Origin: Methanobacterium sp. UBA294
GTDB taxonomy: Archaea; Methanobacteriota; Methanobacteria; Methanobacteriales; Methanobacteriaceae
Direction: 5' to 3'
Length of the DNA stretch: 32,000 nucleotides
Assembly (NCBI GenBank): GCA_002494495.1
Contig: DACB01000006.1
Coordinates: 56,951-88,950, forward strand
This document shows, in pieces, positions 16,983 through 25,921 of the stretch; positions within the stretch are counted from its first letter, which is position 1, and each line of letters opens with the position of its first letter. A program made the position numbers and the translations under genes. The notes under the pieces are model-generated. The model was not told the DNA's origin. It saw only the letters and a program-made list of their open reading frames with translations, and did not search any database.

Positions 16983-18125
16983 TCACTTATCAATTACTTT
17001 AAGATTTTTAATGATTTTCAGGGATTCGTTCATATCCTGGGATCTTATGGTTATTCTACTGGCTTTTTCTGGGCCGTGTATGATATATGGTTTTTCTAGT
17101 GTTAAAATTTGTTTCTTCTGATTTTCATCATTTCTAAATTGTGGGTTCCTACTGAGACTTTCTGGTGGTAAGGGCATCTCCAACGCACAGTAATCCCTAA
17201 TTTCCCTTTCAATTTTTTGGGGATTCCATTCTCCAGTGGCCATATTTACCAGCTGATGCAGGGGGTTGATATTTGAAGCGCAGAAGGTTAAAAATCTAGT
17301 TCCACTAGGCCGTGTGTTTATCTCCAAGGTGTTTAATTCTCTTTTTTCAGGGTCATATATGAACTCCACTTCTGCTGTACCATTGGTGTCGAGTCTGTCT
17401 ATTATCTTCTTAGCATACATCCTGAGATCCTGGTTGTCCAGATATTCTATGTTCACAGGTGCACACCTGGTTTTTTCCAAGGGATGAGTCCCGATAAGAG
17501 TGGTTTCTCCTTTATACACACTCACTAAAGGTACCGATTTGTTATTCCATCTTAAAACTTCAACTGATATCTCCGCACCATTTACATATTCTTCCATCAT
17601 GGCTTGGGGGTACAGTTCCAAGTATTCTGTTAAATCATCTGGTGAAAGTGCAATTTTTACTCCAACTCCGCCCTGGCCTTCTTGTTGTTTTAAAACAACT
17701 GGATAATCTAGTTTCTCAGATCCTTTATTATATTGGTCTTTAGTTATTTCAGCATACACAGGGGTTTTTATTTTATTCTCTGCCAGGAATTTCTTGGTTT
17801 GGTACTTATCTGTTGAAATTTCTGTGGCCCTGTTTCCCGAGGCAACAACTGGTAGGTCATGATTCTTTTCCAATTCTTCCTTCATAACCGCCACCTCCGG
17901 GAGTGGTTTATCTATCCCTATTAGGGGGATTACAGCGTCCACATCATTTGAAAGTGCTATTTCTTTGGGTTTTTCCATTCCCCTAGGGACGATATGATAT
18001 TCATCTGCTAAATCTAGATTAGGTGAATAAGGATTGGATTCTGTTAAAATTGTTTCGATCCCCTTTGATTTAACAAAATTTGCAACTTCATTAAAGAGTC
18101 TTGCTCCGATAAATAAGATCTTCAT
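16983..18125 (-). CDS. ATP-grasp ligase (CarB/Ddl-like), first gene of the wall cluster
   Basis: 380 aa. Motifs: PVVLKQQEGQGGVGVKIA, MMEEYVNGAEISVEVL, and LEINTRPSGT. This is the ATP-grasp motif set. Confidence 0.8.
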   Translation of the reverse strand: MKILFIGARLFNEVANFVKSKGIETILTESNPYSPNLDLADEYHIVPRGMEKPKEIALSNDVDAVIPLIGIDKPLPEVAVMKEELEKNHDLPVVASGNRATEISTDKYQTKKFLAENKIKTPVYAEITKDQYNKGSEKLDYPVVLKQQEGQGGVGVKIALSPDDLTEYLELYPQAMMEEYVNGAEISVEVLRWNNKSVPLVSVYKGETTLIGTHPLEKTRCAPVNIEYLDNQDLRMYAKKIIDRLDTNGTAEVEFIYDPEKRELNTLEINTRPSGTRFLTFCASNINPLHQLVNMATGEWNPQKIEREIRDYCALEMPLPPESLSRNPQFRNDENQKKQILTLEKPYIIHGPEKASRITIRSQDMNESLKIIKNLKVIDK

Positions 18126-18198
18126 GATATCATTGTGTTTGATTTCGGTATTTATTACATAATTTCTTTTTATATGAAACTTATAATAATAATGGAAA

Positions 18199-18235
18199 TA
18201 TGTCCAATAAAAAGGGATATTATGTCCAATAAAAA
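18199..18235. repeat. exact 15-bp direct repeat TATGTCCAATAAAAA x2, 22-bp offset
   Basis: Copies lie at 18199-18213 and 18221-18235, in the divergent promoter region between the ATP-grasp operon and the 236-aa gene. Confidence 0.9.
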
Positions 18236-18448
18236 AAGTTGATAAAAGGTTTAGACCTATTCATTGATACAGATGATTATTGTTAAATGGTTAAATTAAT
18301 AACTTATCATCTAAACATGGGTAAAGTATAATAGTACGTTGTATAAATTATATTCTTTATTGTTAATTACTTTTTGCTAAAACAATCATAAAGATACAAG
18401 TAAATAATCTCTCACAATTATAAATCCCATTAATAGCGAGTGCTAATT

Positions 18449-19150
18449 ATGAATTGGAAAGTTATATTTATTCTGCTAGTCTTACTAGTGGCGGTTTTTT
18501 CTTATGTTAGTAGTTTAAGTGGACCATACGCTCCCATGGGTAGGTTATCTTTTGTTAAAATCTTAAATCCGGATATGTCTCCAGGAAATCCTCATTCTAC
18601 ATTGGTTGCGGATTATGCTAAGGATAGGGGTTCTAACACAGTTCTTGTTGTGCATCTGGCAGGTCACAAGACTGGATATCCCAACTATTGGGAAGGGGAT
18701 GTGTATATTATGGAATTAGGATTCATTGATAAACACAGGGGTTATAGCACCAATGTTGACTGGTTTGATGTAATTCAGGCATTCTTATTTGGTGTTGATG
18801 ATGATCGTTATGAATATGTTTCAGATGGAATAGTATTCGATAATTTAGATGATGCCCTAGCCTACCTGGATAAAAAAGCTGCACAAAATGGTCAACAAGG
18901 ACCTAGATTGATGTTTTGGCATGGAACAGTTAGATCTGATAATTCCATAATTAATCAGGGATGCGGAGTACCACTGTACTATCAGATATGTGAACATTAC
19001 TATGGGCGGATTGGAGCATACTATTACATAATCACCGGTATAATATTCCCATACCTTAATAGTCCGTATCGAAACTTTGAACTAATGAATTCAGCCCAGT
19101 TGCAACAAAACTACAATACAGGAAAACTTGGAAAGTTGGCTGTTGGATAA
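18449..19150 (+). CDS. hypothetical exported/anchored protein, aromatic-rich
   Basis: N-terminal helix MNWKVIFILLVLLVAVFSYVSS followed by a ~210-aa Tyr/Trp/Gly-rich domain. No motif recognised. I prefer the ATG at 18449 over the GTG at 18440. Confidence 0.6.
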   Translation: MNWKVIFILLVLLVAVFSYVSSLSGPYAPMGRLSFVKILNPDMSPGNPHSTLVADYAKDRGSNTVLVVHLAGHKTGYPNYWEGDVYIMELGFIDKHRGYSTNVDWFDVIQAFLFGVDDDRYEYVSDGIVFDNLDDALAYLDKKAAQNGQQGPRLMFWHGTVRSDNSIINQGCGVPLYYQICEHYYGRIGAYYYIITGIIFPYLNSPYRNFELMNSAQLQQNYNTGKLGKLAVG

Positions 19151-19190
19151 AAAAAATTAATTTTTTTTTAAATTTGCATTGATAATGCAC
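19149..19190. terminator. bidirectional terminator region between convergent genes
   Basis: A8-TTAA-T9 palindrome (19149-19169) gives an oligo-T tract on both strands. A TGCAT-TGATA-ATGCA hairpin follows at 19175-19189. Confidence 0.45.
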
Positions 19191-19200
19191 CATTCAAGAA

Positions 19201-19713
19201 TTAAATTATCCTTTTAAGCACATCCACCAGTAATGTAACACTAGCATCTACTTCTTGAGAAACTGTATCTATCAGTTTCATTTCCTTGGGTTGAATTCCT
19301 ATAAGAATTGTATCAACTTCAATGGAATGTTCTAGGTATTTTATTAAAAATGAAAGTGGCATGGCATGGGTTGAAATATTATACTGGGATATTTTATCCT
19401 TTTCTATTATCTTAATATAACCTGGTGGCTTTCCCATATCTGCCGCATCAATCAGGATGATATGACTGGGGTCCTCCCTTTTTATCATTCCTGTGAAATT
19501 TTCTGGGACTATACCACCATCAAAAACAGTTACATAATTCTTTTTCAGCTCTTGACCGAGTTTCCTGGCTACGAGAGATCCTGCAAAGTCATCTCCCCTC
19601 AACTGGTTGCCAATTCCTAGAATAACTACGTTTTTCTTCTTTTTTAGAAATTCCTTTAATTCATCGAAATTTTTGTATTCATTAAATTCCTTAGATTCTT
19701 TTTTAAATTCCAT
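19201..19713 (-). CDS. [NiFe]-hydrogenase maturation endopeptidase (HycI/FrhD/HybD family)
   Basis: 170 aa. Signature ILGIGNQLRGDDFAG, plus the downstream LIDAAD and STHAMP, which correspond to the Asp/His metal ligands of this family. The start overlaps the upstream gene by 11 nt. Confidence 0.85.
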   Translation of the reverse strand: MEFKKESKEFNEYKNFDELKEFLKKKKNVVILGIGNQLRGDDFAGSLVARKLGQELKKNYVTVFDGGIVPENFTGMIKREDPSHIILIDAADMGKPPGYIKIIEKDKISQYNISTHAMPLSFLIKYLEHSIEVDTILIGIQPKEMKLIDTVSQEVDASVTLLVDVLKRII

Positions 19714-20467
19714 GGACTCTGGTTTTAATGGTATTTAATCCACCACCCATCTGGTAGCTTAGATCTACTCCTATTGTATCTCCTTTTTTAACCTTTAATC
19801 TTTCTGTAGGAATAATTAATGGAGAATTCATCATGGGTGTAGGTCCGCAAAGAATATCCGGTGTGATCAAGGTAAAACTGGTAATTCTAATACCAGTAAA
19901 CCACCCTTCTTTATTGATGTTCAGTTTGAATTTAAAATTAGCATGGGGATCTATATATTTTCCAAACTGGTATCTGCTATATGCTTCATATGGTCCTAAC
20001 GTTTGGTGTTGGGGGTTTTCATTTTCATCGTAACAGATATGTTCTGATCTTGTAAACACTGGTTCTACACAATTTATTAACCCATGGGGTATTACTTTAC
20101 CATCATCTTTAAGATACTTTAAAAGGCCATTGAGCACCGGGACCTGTTCTTCATCTATAAGTGCGGTGTCCAGCATTTCACATAGAATATAATCAGCTTT
20201 TACAGGGAAATCAATTTCAAGAGCGTTCCTTTCTATAAATGAAACGTTGTGATATTTTTTTAGAAAAAGTACTGTTTTACTGGCTATCCGGGGATCTTTT
20301 TCTACTGAGTAAATAAAATCAGCATAAGGGGCTGCACAAGAAGTTAATATCCCAGAACCAGCTCCTATGTCAAAAACGATTCCCTTGATATTTTTGATGG
20401 CCTCATGAAAACCAGCAAGTCTTTCCTGATCTAACAAGAGGTTTTGGTGATAGGACATATAAAACAC
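19703..20467 (-). CDS. class I SAM-dependent methyltransferase, PRMT-like
   Basis: Motif I is VFDIGAGSGILT. It is preceded by LLLDQERLAGFHEAI (compare PRMT MLxDxxRxxxYxxAI). A CEMLD acidic loop and a C-terminal beta-rich domain follow. The start is GTG 20467 or ATG 20458. Confidence 0.75.
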   Translation of the reverse strand: MFYMSYHQNLLLDQERLAGFHEAIKNIKGIVFDIGAGSGILTSCAAPYADFIYSVEKDPRIASKTVLFLKKYHNVSFIERNALEIDFPVKADYILCEMLDTALIDEEQVPVLNGLLKYLKDDGKVIPHGLINCVEPVFTRSEHICYDENENPQHQTLGPYEAYSRYQFGKYIDPHANFKFKLNINKEGWFTGIRITSFTLITPDILCGPTPMMNSPLIIPTERLKVKKGDTIGVDLSYQMGGGLNTIKTRVHGI

Positions 20468-20557
20468 ATTTATTTATTGAATGTTAACTGTCCTATCATT
20501 TTTCTAATCAAAAAGCTAATTTAGTTAAAAAGGTTAAAATAAAGAAATTTTCTATTT

Positions 20558-20971
20558 TCATTCCATTTTTTCACCGCTGTCTGTACTGGTGAGTTTAACG
20601 TGTTCTACACCTTTAAGCCTCATTATTTTCTCGGTGAGTTTGCGGATGTAAGAAACATCTCCCTTTACCACTATTACTTCCAGACAGTATTTCTCAGTCA
20701 TATGGACGTGCATCACTGCACTGATGTATTCCCGGAAGTCGTGCTGAATATCGGTGAGGTCTTCCATGACACCAGTATAATGGTGATCATATATCACAGC
20801 AAGGATTCCTATACGTTCGCCTTCCATTTCATTCATCCACTGATAACGTACGATGTAATCTTTTAACGCGTCTCTGATCCCCTTTGATCGTGATTGGTAT
20901 CCCCTGTCTTTTAGTACTTCGTCGAATTCGCTTAGAAGTTTCTTAGGGAGTGACATACTAATTCTCATCAT
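20558..20971 (-). CDS. nikR: nickel-responsive transcriptional regulator NikR
   Basis: Ribbon-helix-helix N-terminus (RISMSLPKKLLSEFDEVL). The C-terminal metal-binding domain has H-x-H-x5-C (HVHMTEKYC), matching the NikR high-affinity Ni site spacing. SD GGAGGAG lies 7 nt upstream. Confidence 0.9.
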   Translation of the reverse strand: MMRISMSLPKKLLSEFDEVLKDRGYQSRSKGIRDALKDYIVRYQWMNEMEGERIGILAVIYDHHYTGVMEDLTDIQHDFREYISAVMHVHMTEKYCLEVIVVKGDVSYIRKLTEKIMRLKGVEHVKLTSTDSGEKME

Positions 20972-21019
20972 ATTATTACTCCTCCATTTTTTTTGTATCG
21001 CATCTTTTTATGTTAAATT

Positions 21020-21043
21020 ATTATGGTAATTGATATTATGGTA
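21020..21043. promoter_or_regulatory. direct repeat ATTATGGTA-N6-ATTATGGTA upstream of nikR (candidate operator)
   Basis: Exact 9-mers at 21020-21028 and 21035-21043, 49-72 bp upstream of the nikR ATG. The region also contains GTAAT-N12-ATTAC dyad symmetry. Confidence 0.25.
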
Positions 21044-21328
21044 TTACGAATTTTCTTTTTGTTGAGTTTGTTTCACTATTTATATTTTATTGTTGCATCA
21101 AAAATTTGTGATATATAACACAATAATATTAGGTCATGGTTATTTAATACCTTTATGGGTATTTTATATTAATAATTACCGTAACTTTTTACTAACATTG
21201 GAAATTTATGTGAATTTACCAAAATGGAATAATATAATTTCATAATAATTACAAAATAAGAAAATCCAATCTTAAATAAAAAAATATATATCTAGGCGAA
21301 ATAATTAGATAATAATAGGAGTGATAGG

Positions 21329-21733
21329 ATGAGAATTAAGGAAGCAATGAATAAAGGTGTTATAACTGTTGGTTTAAACACTACACCTATAGAAGCCTTT
21401 GAAAAGATGTACAAAGAGGGAATACGAAGGTTGTTTGTTATGGATGAGGCAGGCAGTCCCAAGGGAGTGGTGTCCTACTTCGATGTAATTGGAATACTGG
21501 GTAGTCTCAAACCAAGCAGCGAGAATAAATCTTCCTTAAAAATTGAGGATATCATGTCCACCAACATCATGACAATATCTACTGAAGATAATATAGAAGA
21601 TGCTGCAAATTTAATGGTCAGGGCAGATGTTTCTGGTCTCCTTGTTTTAGAAGATGGAAAACCTGCAGGAGTGATAACTAAGACAGATGTTTGTAGGCTC
21701 GTAGCAGCAGAGATCCTAGTTCCATTAAATTAG
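21329..21733 (+). CDS. CBS domain pair protein
   Basis: 134 aa with two CBS-like repeats (GIRRLFVMDEAGSPKGVVSYFDV and VSGLLVLEDGKPAGVITKTDV). Strong SD AGGAGTGATAGG lies before the ATG. Confidence 0.9.
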   Translation: MRIKEAMNKGVITVGLNTTPIEAFEKMYKEGIRRLFVMDEAGSPKGVVSYFDVIGILGSLKPSSENKSSLKIEDIMSTNIMTISTEDNIEDAANLMVRADVSGLLVLEDGKPAGVITKTDVCRLVAAEILVPLN

Positions 21734-21858
21734 TGCAGGTATATTTGGTGGTCTTATTTTTGGAATCATTATAATCTTACTTTGGAATCATGATAAAGTA
21801 ATTTCTAATAAACGTTCAATCTTCAAATTATAAATAAATTAAACTTAGATTTACAATT

Positions 21859-21883
21859 AAAAAAAAGAGGATATTTAAAAAGA
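21859..21883 (-). terminator. oligo-T terminator after the tRNA pair
   Basis: The minus strand immediately 3' of the tRNA reads TCTTTTTAAATATCCTCTTTTTTTT (T5 then T8). Confidence 0.5.
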
Positions 21884-21957
<74 letters not shown>

Positions 21958-21958
21958 G

Positions 21959-22033
<75 letters not shown>

Positions 22034-22075
22034 ATGCAGTAATATTAACCGCATAACAAGATTATTAGGTTTTCT

Positions 22076-22083
22076 TATATAAA
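22076..22083 (-). promoter_or_regulatory. candidate TATA box for the tRNA-Gly pair
   Basis: The minus strand reads TTTATATA, 43-50 nt upstream of the mature 5' end at 22033. This implies a short leader if the TSS lies ~25 nt downstream. Confidence 0.3.
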
Positions 22084-22162
22084 TTTTTAGGTAAATCACC
22101 AGACAATTTTGTTTTAAAAACATTTATAAATGATAAAATGAAGATTTCTTTGGTTGAATATT

Positions 22163-23158
22163 ATGTTATGGATCCTCACTCTCATAGTAATTCTCATTAT
22201 TTCTCTTATAATAGTTATTAAATCCGCAGATATTTTTGTTGACAGAATTGTTGAAGTTGGTGGGGCATTGGGAATATCCGAGATTATTCTAGGGGTTACT
22301 GCTTCGGCCATTGGTACATCTCTCCCGGAATTTGGCTCAGCCATGATGGCTGCCATATTCAATAGTCCTGATCTGGGTGTGGGGGTTGTAATTGGATCGA
22401 ACATCTGGAACATCGCTGGTATCTTAGGTATATCTGCTGTATTTGCTGGTACCATCCGATCAAGTTTAAAAGGACTTACCAGAGATGGAACTTTCACACT
22501 TTTAACTGCTCTTATTCTTATGGGATTCATGTATTTCACAGGCGGAGTGAATGCATGGTCATCACTGGTTTTTATTGTTATGTACGGTATATATCTATGG
22601 ATTTTGATTAGAGATCAGAAAAAAGAAGCCAATGATAAAAAAACAGATGAAACACCATCAAGGGGTACAACGGAAATTTCCTATCGTCCAAAGGAAAAGA
22701 AGAAAATTACTCCGAGTATAGTAGCATGGTGTCTTGTGGGCCTTGCAGGTTTAATTATTGGCTGCCGTTTACTGATTTACAGTGGAGAGGAGCTGGCAAC
22801 CATAGCAGGCATCCCTCTTATGATAATGGGACTTTTTACACTGGCTATTGGGACCAGTATACCTGAATTGGTGGTTACCTTTAACTCGGCACGGAAAGGA
22901 TTGCACGACCTGTCCATCGGTACAGTTTTAGGGAGTAACACATTTAATATAATGATTGGATTGGGTATTCCAGCCCTTATTATGGAAATACCAACAGAAC
23001 AAATCTCATTAATATTCGATGCCCCTGTGATGATATTTGTAATCATCCTGTTGTTGCTGCTAATAAAAAGGGGTATGAAACTTACCAGAATAGATGGACT
23101 AATATTATTAATAACATATATTACATATTCTGTGATAAGAATAGCTATATTAGGATAA
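22163..23158 (+). CDS. Ca2+/Na+ antiporter (CaCA family, NCX_Mj/YrbG-like)
   Basis: Alpha-1 repeat GVTASAIGTSLPEFGSA and alpha-2 repeat LAIGTSIPELVVT. About 10 TM helices with a central charged loop. I prefer the ATG at 22163 over the TTG at 22154. Confidence 0.85.
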   Translation: MLWILTLIVILIISLIIVIKSADIFVDRIVEVGGALGISEIILGVTASAIGTSLPEFGSAMMAAIFNSPDLGVGVVIGSNIWNIAGILGISAVFAGTIRSSLKGLTRDGTFTLLTALILMGFMYFTGGVNAWSSLVFIVMYGIYLWILIRDQKKEANDKKTDETPSRGTTEISYRPKEKKKITPSIVAWCLVGLAGLIIGCRLLIYSGEELATIAGIPLMIMGLFTLAIGTSIPELVVTFNSARKGLHDLSIGTVLGSNTFNIMIGLGIPALIMEIPTEQISLIFDAPVMIFVIILLLLLIKRGMKLTRIDGLILLITYITYSVIRIAILG

Positions 23159-23282
23159 TTAATATTGTACGAAGATAACAAATATATTCCGTGATATAAT
23201 ACCTGTATTAGTATAATTTTGATTATTAGAAATATATTATAATGTATAGAAGTGATAATATAGTGTATTAAAAAGTGATATT

Positions 23283-23714
23283 ATGGTGTATAAGAAGATA
23301 TTAGTCACTAGCATGGGCGAATTTTTGGATCAAATCACAGATGAAACTATGGAGCTTATAGCTGACTGGGAAACAGATGTACTGGGTGTATATGTTGTTG
23401 AAACATCCACTCCTTTTCTGACTCCTAAGAAAGTAGAAGAAATGATGATAACTGAGCTTACATCCAGAGGAAAACAGGTTCTAGATGAAATGGAAAAAAA
23501 ATTCCAGGCTCCAAACATCCACTTTACCAAAATCCTAAAGGAAGGGGATCCTGCAGATGAAATAGTTAATATAGCAGAAGAAGAGGGAGTAGATCTTCTG
23601 GTGATGGGAACCGGGAAAAGTATAGTGGATAAACATCTCCTGGGAAGTGTTTCAGAGAAAGTTGTGCATTCTTCACCATGTACCATCCTACTTATCAGAA
23701 CGGTAAAAGAATAA
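23283..23714 (+). CDS. universal stress protein (UspA family)
   Basis: 143 aa. C-terminal USP signature [37 protein letters not shown]. Confidence 0.85.
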   Translation: MVYKKILVTSMGEFLDQITDETMELIADWETDVLGVYVVETSTPFLTPKKVEEMMITELTSRGKQVLDEMEKKFQAPNIHFTKILKEGDPADEIVNIAEEEGVDLLVMGTGKSIVDKHLLGSVSEKVVHSSPCTILLIRTVKE

Positions 23715-23842
23715 TATCGATGGTTACAATTTTTGTAAATCATTTTTATTACTGAGAATCTGTATTATATGAGAATAGTAATTATGATAAATTCAAGTTG
23801 TATTTCATAATATTCCATAATATTAATTAAAAAGGAGCTCCA

Positions 23843-25222
23843 ATGCACATTAACTTACAGAAATCAGGCATCCCCCTAGCTATAATTGCATTCATAATAG
23901 TCATGCTGATACCTACCCCAGGATTAGACCTTGCTGGCCATGCAGCTATTGCACTCTTGGTATTTGCAGTTATAATGTGGGCTACAGAAGCTTTACACTT
24001 AGCAGTAACTTCATTAATTATTCTTTTTATACAACCCATAATTCAAGTAGCTAGTTTTGCTGATGCGGTTATTGGATTTGCCAATCCAATTATCTTCCTT
24101 ATGATTGGTGGTTTCATAATTGCAGAGGCCATTAGAAAAAGCGGCCTTGCCCAGCGTTTTACTTATGTTATGCTTAACAAGTTTGGTACCACTCCCAATA
24201 GAAGCCTTTTTGTAACAGTATTCTCCACAGGACTTCTCTCTGCTTTCATTGAAAACGTGGTTGCATTTGCCATGCTACTCCCCATCATCAAACAGATCAT
24301 ACCCATGATGGGAGTAAACAATCCTGAAAATGGAAAGAGTAACTTTGCAAAAGCAATGGTTTTAGGTGCGTCTTACGGTTCTTTGGCAGGTGGATTTGGA
24401 ACAGAAATAGGTACAGCCCCCAACCTCATGGCTGCAGCGTACACCCACATTCCATTCGTCGATTGGATGCTATTTGGTATACCATTGGCCTTTATCATGA
24501 TGTTGGTTATCTGGAAGGGTATTGGACGAATATTCCCTCCGGAGGTTAAGGGAATTGTTGGTGGGGAAGGCATCATAACAGCTAAAATCGAAGAATTAGG
24601 AGTTATGGCTAGAAAAGAAAAAATCGCCCTGTCTATCCTTATTATCACCATAGGTTTATGGATAACCACCGGTTTAACAGGCCTGGACAGCTACTCCATA
24701 GCACTTATAGGTGCGGTGTTGATGCTTGCATTTAAAATCATAGACTGGAAAGATGCCCAAAGTAACGTTGATTGGGGTCTTATAGTATTCTTTGGAGGTG
24801 CATTATCATTAGGAGCCGCGCTTCTAAACACTGGTGCGGCAGAATGGCTGATAAAAGATATCATAAGTATTTTCGGAAGCGAGCCATCCACCTTGCTTAT
24901 CATGGTGGTGTTGATGATTATTGCAGTTATAATAACCCAGGTAATGTCAAATATTGCTTTATCAGCTATACTTGTACCATTATCAGTAACCCTGGCAATA
25001 GCCCAGGGTCAACCCATTGGAATATATGCTGTGCCGATAGCAATTGCCTGTTCATTATCGTTCATGTTCCCAATGGCAGATCCTACTGTTGCCATGGCTT
25101 ATGGAACAAAATATATCAACATTAAAGAGATAATGAAAGCAGGAATACCCATGGTTATTATAGGTATTATAGCTACATTATTTGTAATACTGACCATTGC
25201 AATTCCATTCGTTCTTACATGA
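23843..25222 (+). CDS. DASS/SLC13-like anion permease (ArsB/NhaD permease superfamily)
   Basis: 459-aa polytopic protein. N-terminal motif [17 protein letters not shown] is typical of DASS transporters. It has two hairpin-like segments (GTEIGTAPN and [11 protein letters not shown]). SD AGGAG lies 6 nt upstream. Confidence 0.75.
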   Translation: MHINLQKSGIPLAIIAFIIVMLIPTPGLDLAGHAAIALLVFAVIMWATEALHLAVTSLIILFIQPIIQVASFADAVIGFANPIIFLMIGGFIIAEAIRKSGLAQRFTYVMLNKFGTTPNRSLFVTVFSTGLLSAFIENVVAFAMLLPIIKQIIPMMGVNNPENGKSNFAKAMVLGASYGSLAGGFGTEIGTAPNLMAAAYTHIPFVDWMLFGIPLAFIMMLVIWKGIGRIFPPEVKGIVGGEGIITAKIEELGVMARKEKIALSILIITIGLWITTGLTGLDSYSIALIGAVLMLAFKIIDWKDAQSNVDWGLIVFFGGALSLGAALLNTGAAEWLIKDIISIFGSEPSTLLIMVVLMIIAVIITQVMSNIALSAILVPLSVTLAIAQGQPIGIYAVPIAIACSLSFMFPMADPTVAMAYGTKYINIKEIMKAGIPMVIIGIIATLFVILTIAIPFVLT

Positions 25223-25267
25223 TAAAATTATATTATACAAACTGGAATTAACCAAGGAGGATTATTA

Positions 25268-25714
25268 ATGGTTAAAAGAATACTACTTCCAACAGACGGT
25301 TCTGATGTGGCTGAAAGAGCTGGAGAAGATGCGATATCAATGGCAGATGTTAATGGTCATGATATAATAGTTTTATATGTAATTGATACATCCTACTTAA
25401 ATTCCCTACCCCAGAAGGATCTCAGGGATCATCTAAAGGAAGAACTTAGAAAGGAAGGGAATGATGCTGTTGAAAAGTTTAAAATTAAACTGGAAGAAAG
25501 CCAATGTCAGGGGTACTGTAAGAATATTAACCTTATAACACTGATAAAAGAAGGTAAACCCGCAGATGTTATTCTTAAAACAGCTGATGAAGAAGATGTG
25601 GATTTAATTATCATGGGGAAATCAGGAAAGAATGGATTAGAAAAATTAATACTGGGAAATACCACAGAACGAGTGGTAAGGGGCGCTAAAGTACCGGTTC
25701 ATGTGGTGGCCTAA
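25268..25714 (+). CDS. universal stress protein (UspA family)
   Basis: 148 aa. N-terminus is KRILLPTDGSDVAERA. C-terminus is VDLIIMGKSGKNGLEKLILGNTTERVVRGAKVPVHVV. SD AGGAGGA lies 8 nt upstream. Confidence 0.9.
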   Translation: MVKRILLPTDGSDVAERAGEDAISMADVNGHDIIVLYVIDTSYLNSLPQKDLRDHLKEELRKEGNDAVEKFKIKLEESQCQGYCKNINLITLIKEGKPADVILKTADEEDVDLIIMGKSGKNGLEKLILGNTTERVVRGAKVPVHVVA

Positions 25715-25798
25715 ATTTCATATTATTTTTTTTAAATCTATTAATTTAGTCGAAAGACTTATGTACCCTTATACTCAATTTTATAAAAGAAAAATTTC

Positions 25799-25903
25799 AC
25801 TGAAGTTAAGTTACTGAAGTTAAGTTAAATTCTTTAAAATAGACGATATTCTTAAAGAGAAATGGTTCTATAAGAGAAATAGATGATTTTATAAGATAAA
25901 TGG
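25799..25903. repeat. repeat cluster in the trkA leader/promoter
   Basis: Exact tandem ACTGAAGTTAAGTT x2 at 25799-25812 and 25813-25826. Three related 11-mers follow: AAGAGAAATGG (25855-25865), AAGAGAAATAG (25872-25882), and AAGATAAATGG (25893-25903). Confidence 0.85.
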
Positions 25904-25921
25904 AATGTTAGGTGTCTTTCT

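Noticed and set aside
22114-23181. Minus-strand ORFs of 141 aa and 134 aa overlapping the CaCA exchanger, and similar antisense ORFs over the USP (23330-23743) and permease (23827-24903) genes.
   Set aside because: They lie opposite genes with clear family signatures (GTSLPE/GTSIPE, USP motifs). Their Ile/Asn/Ser-rich translations are what the antisense of AT-rich membrane genes produces.
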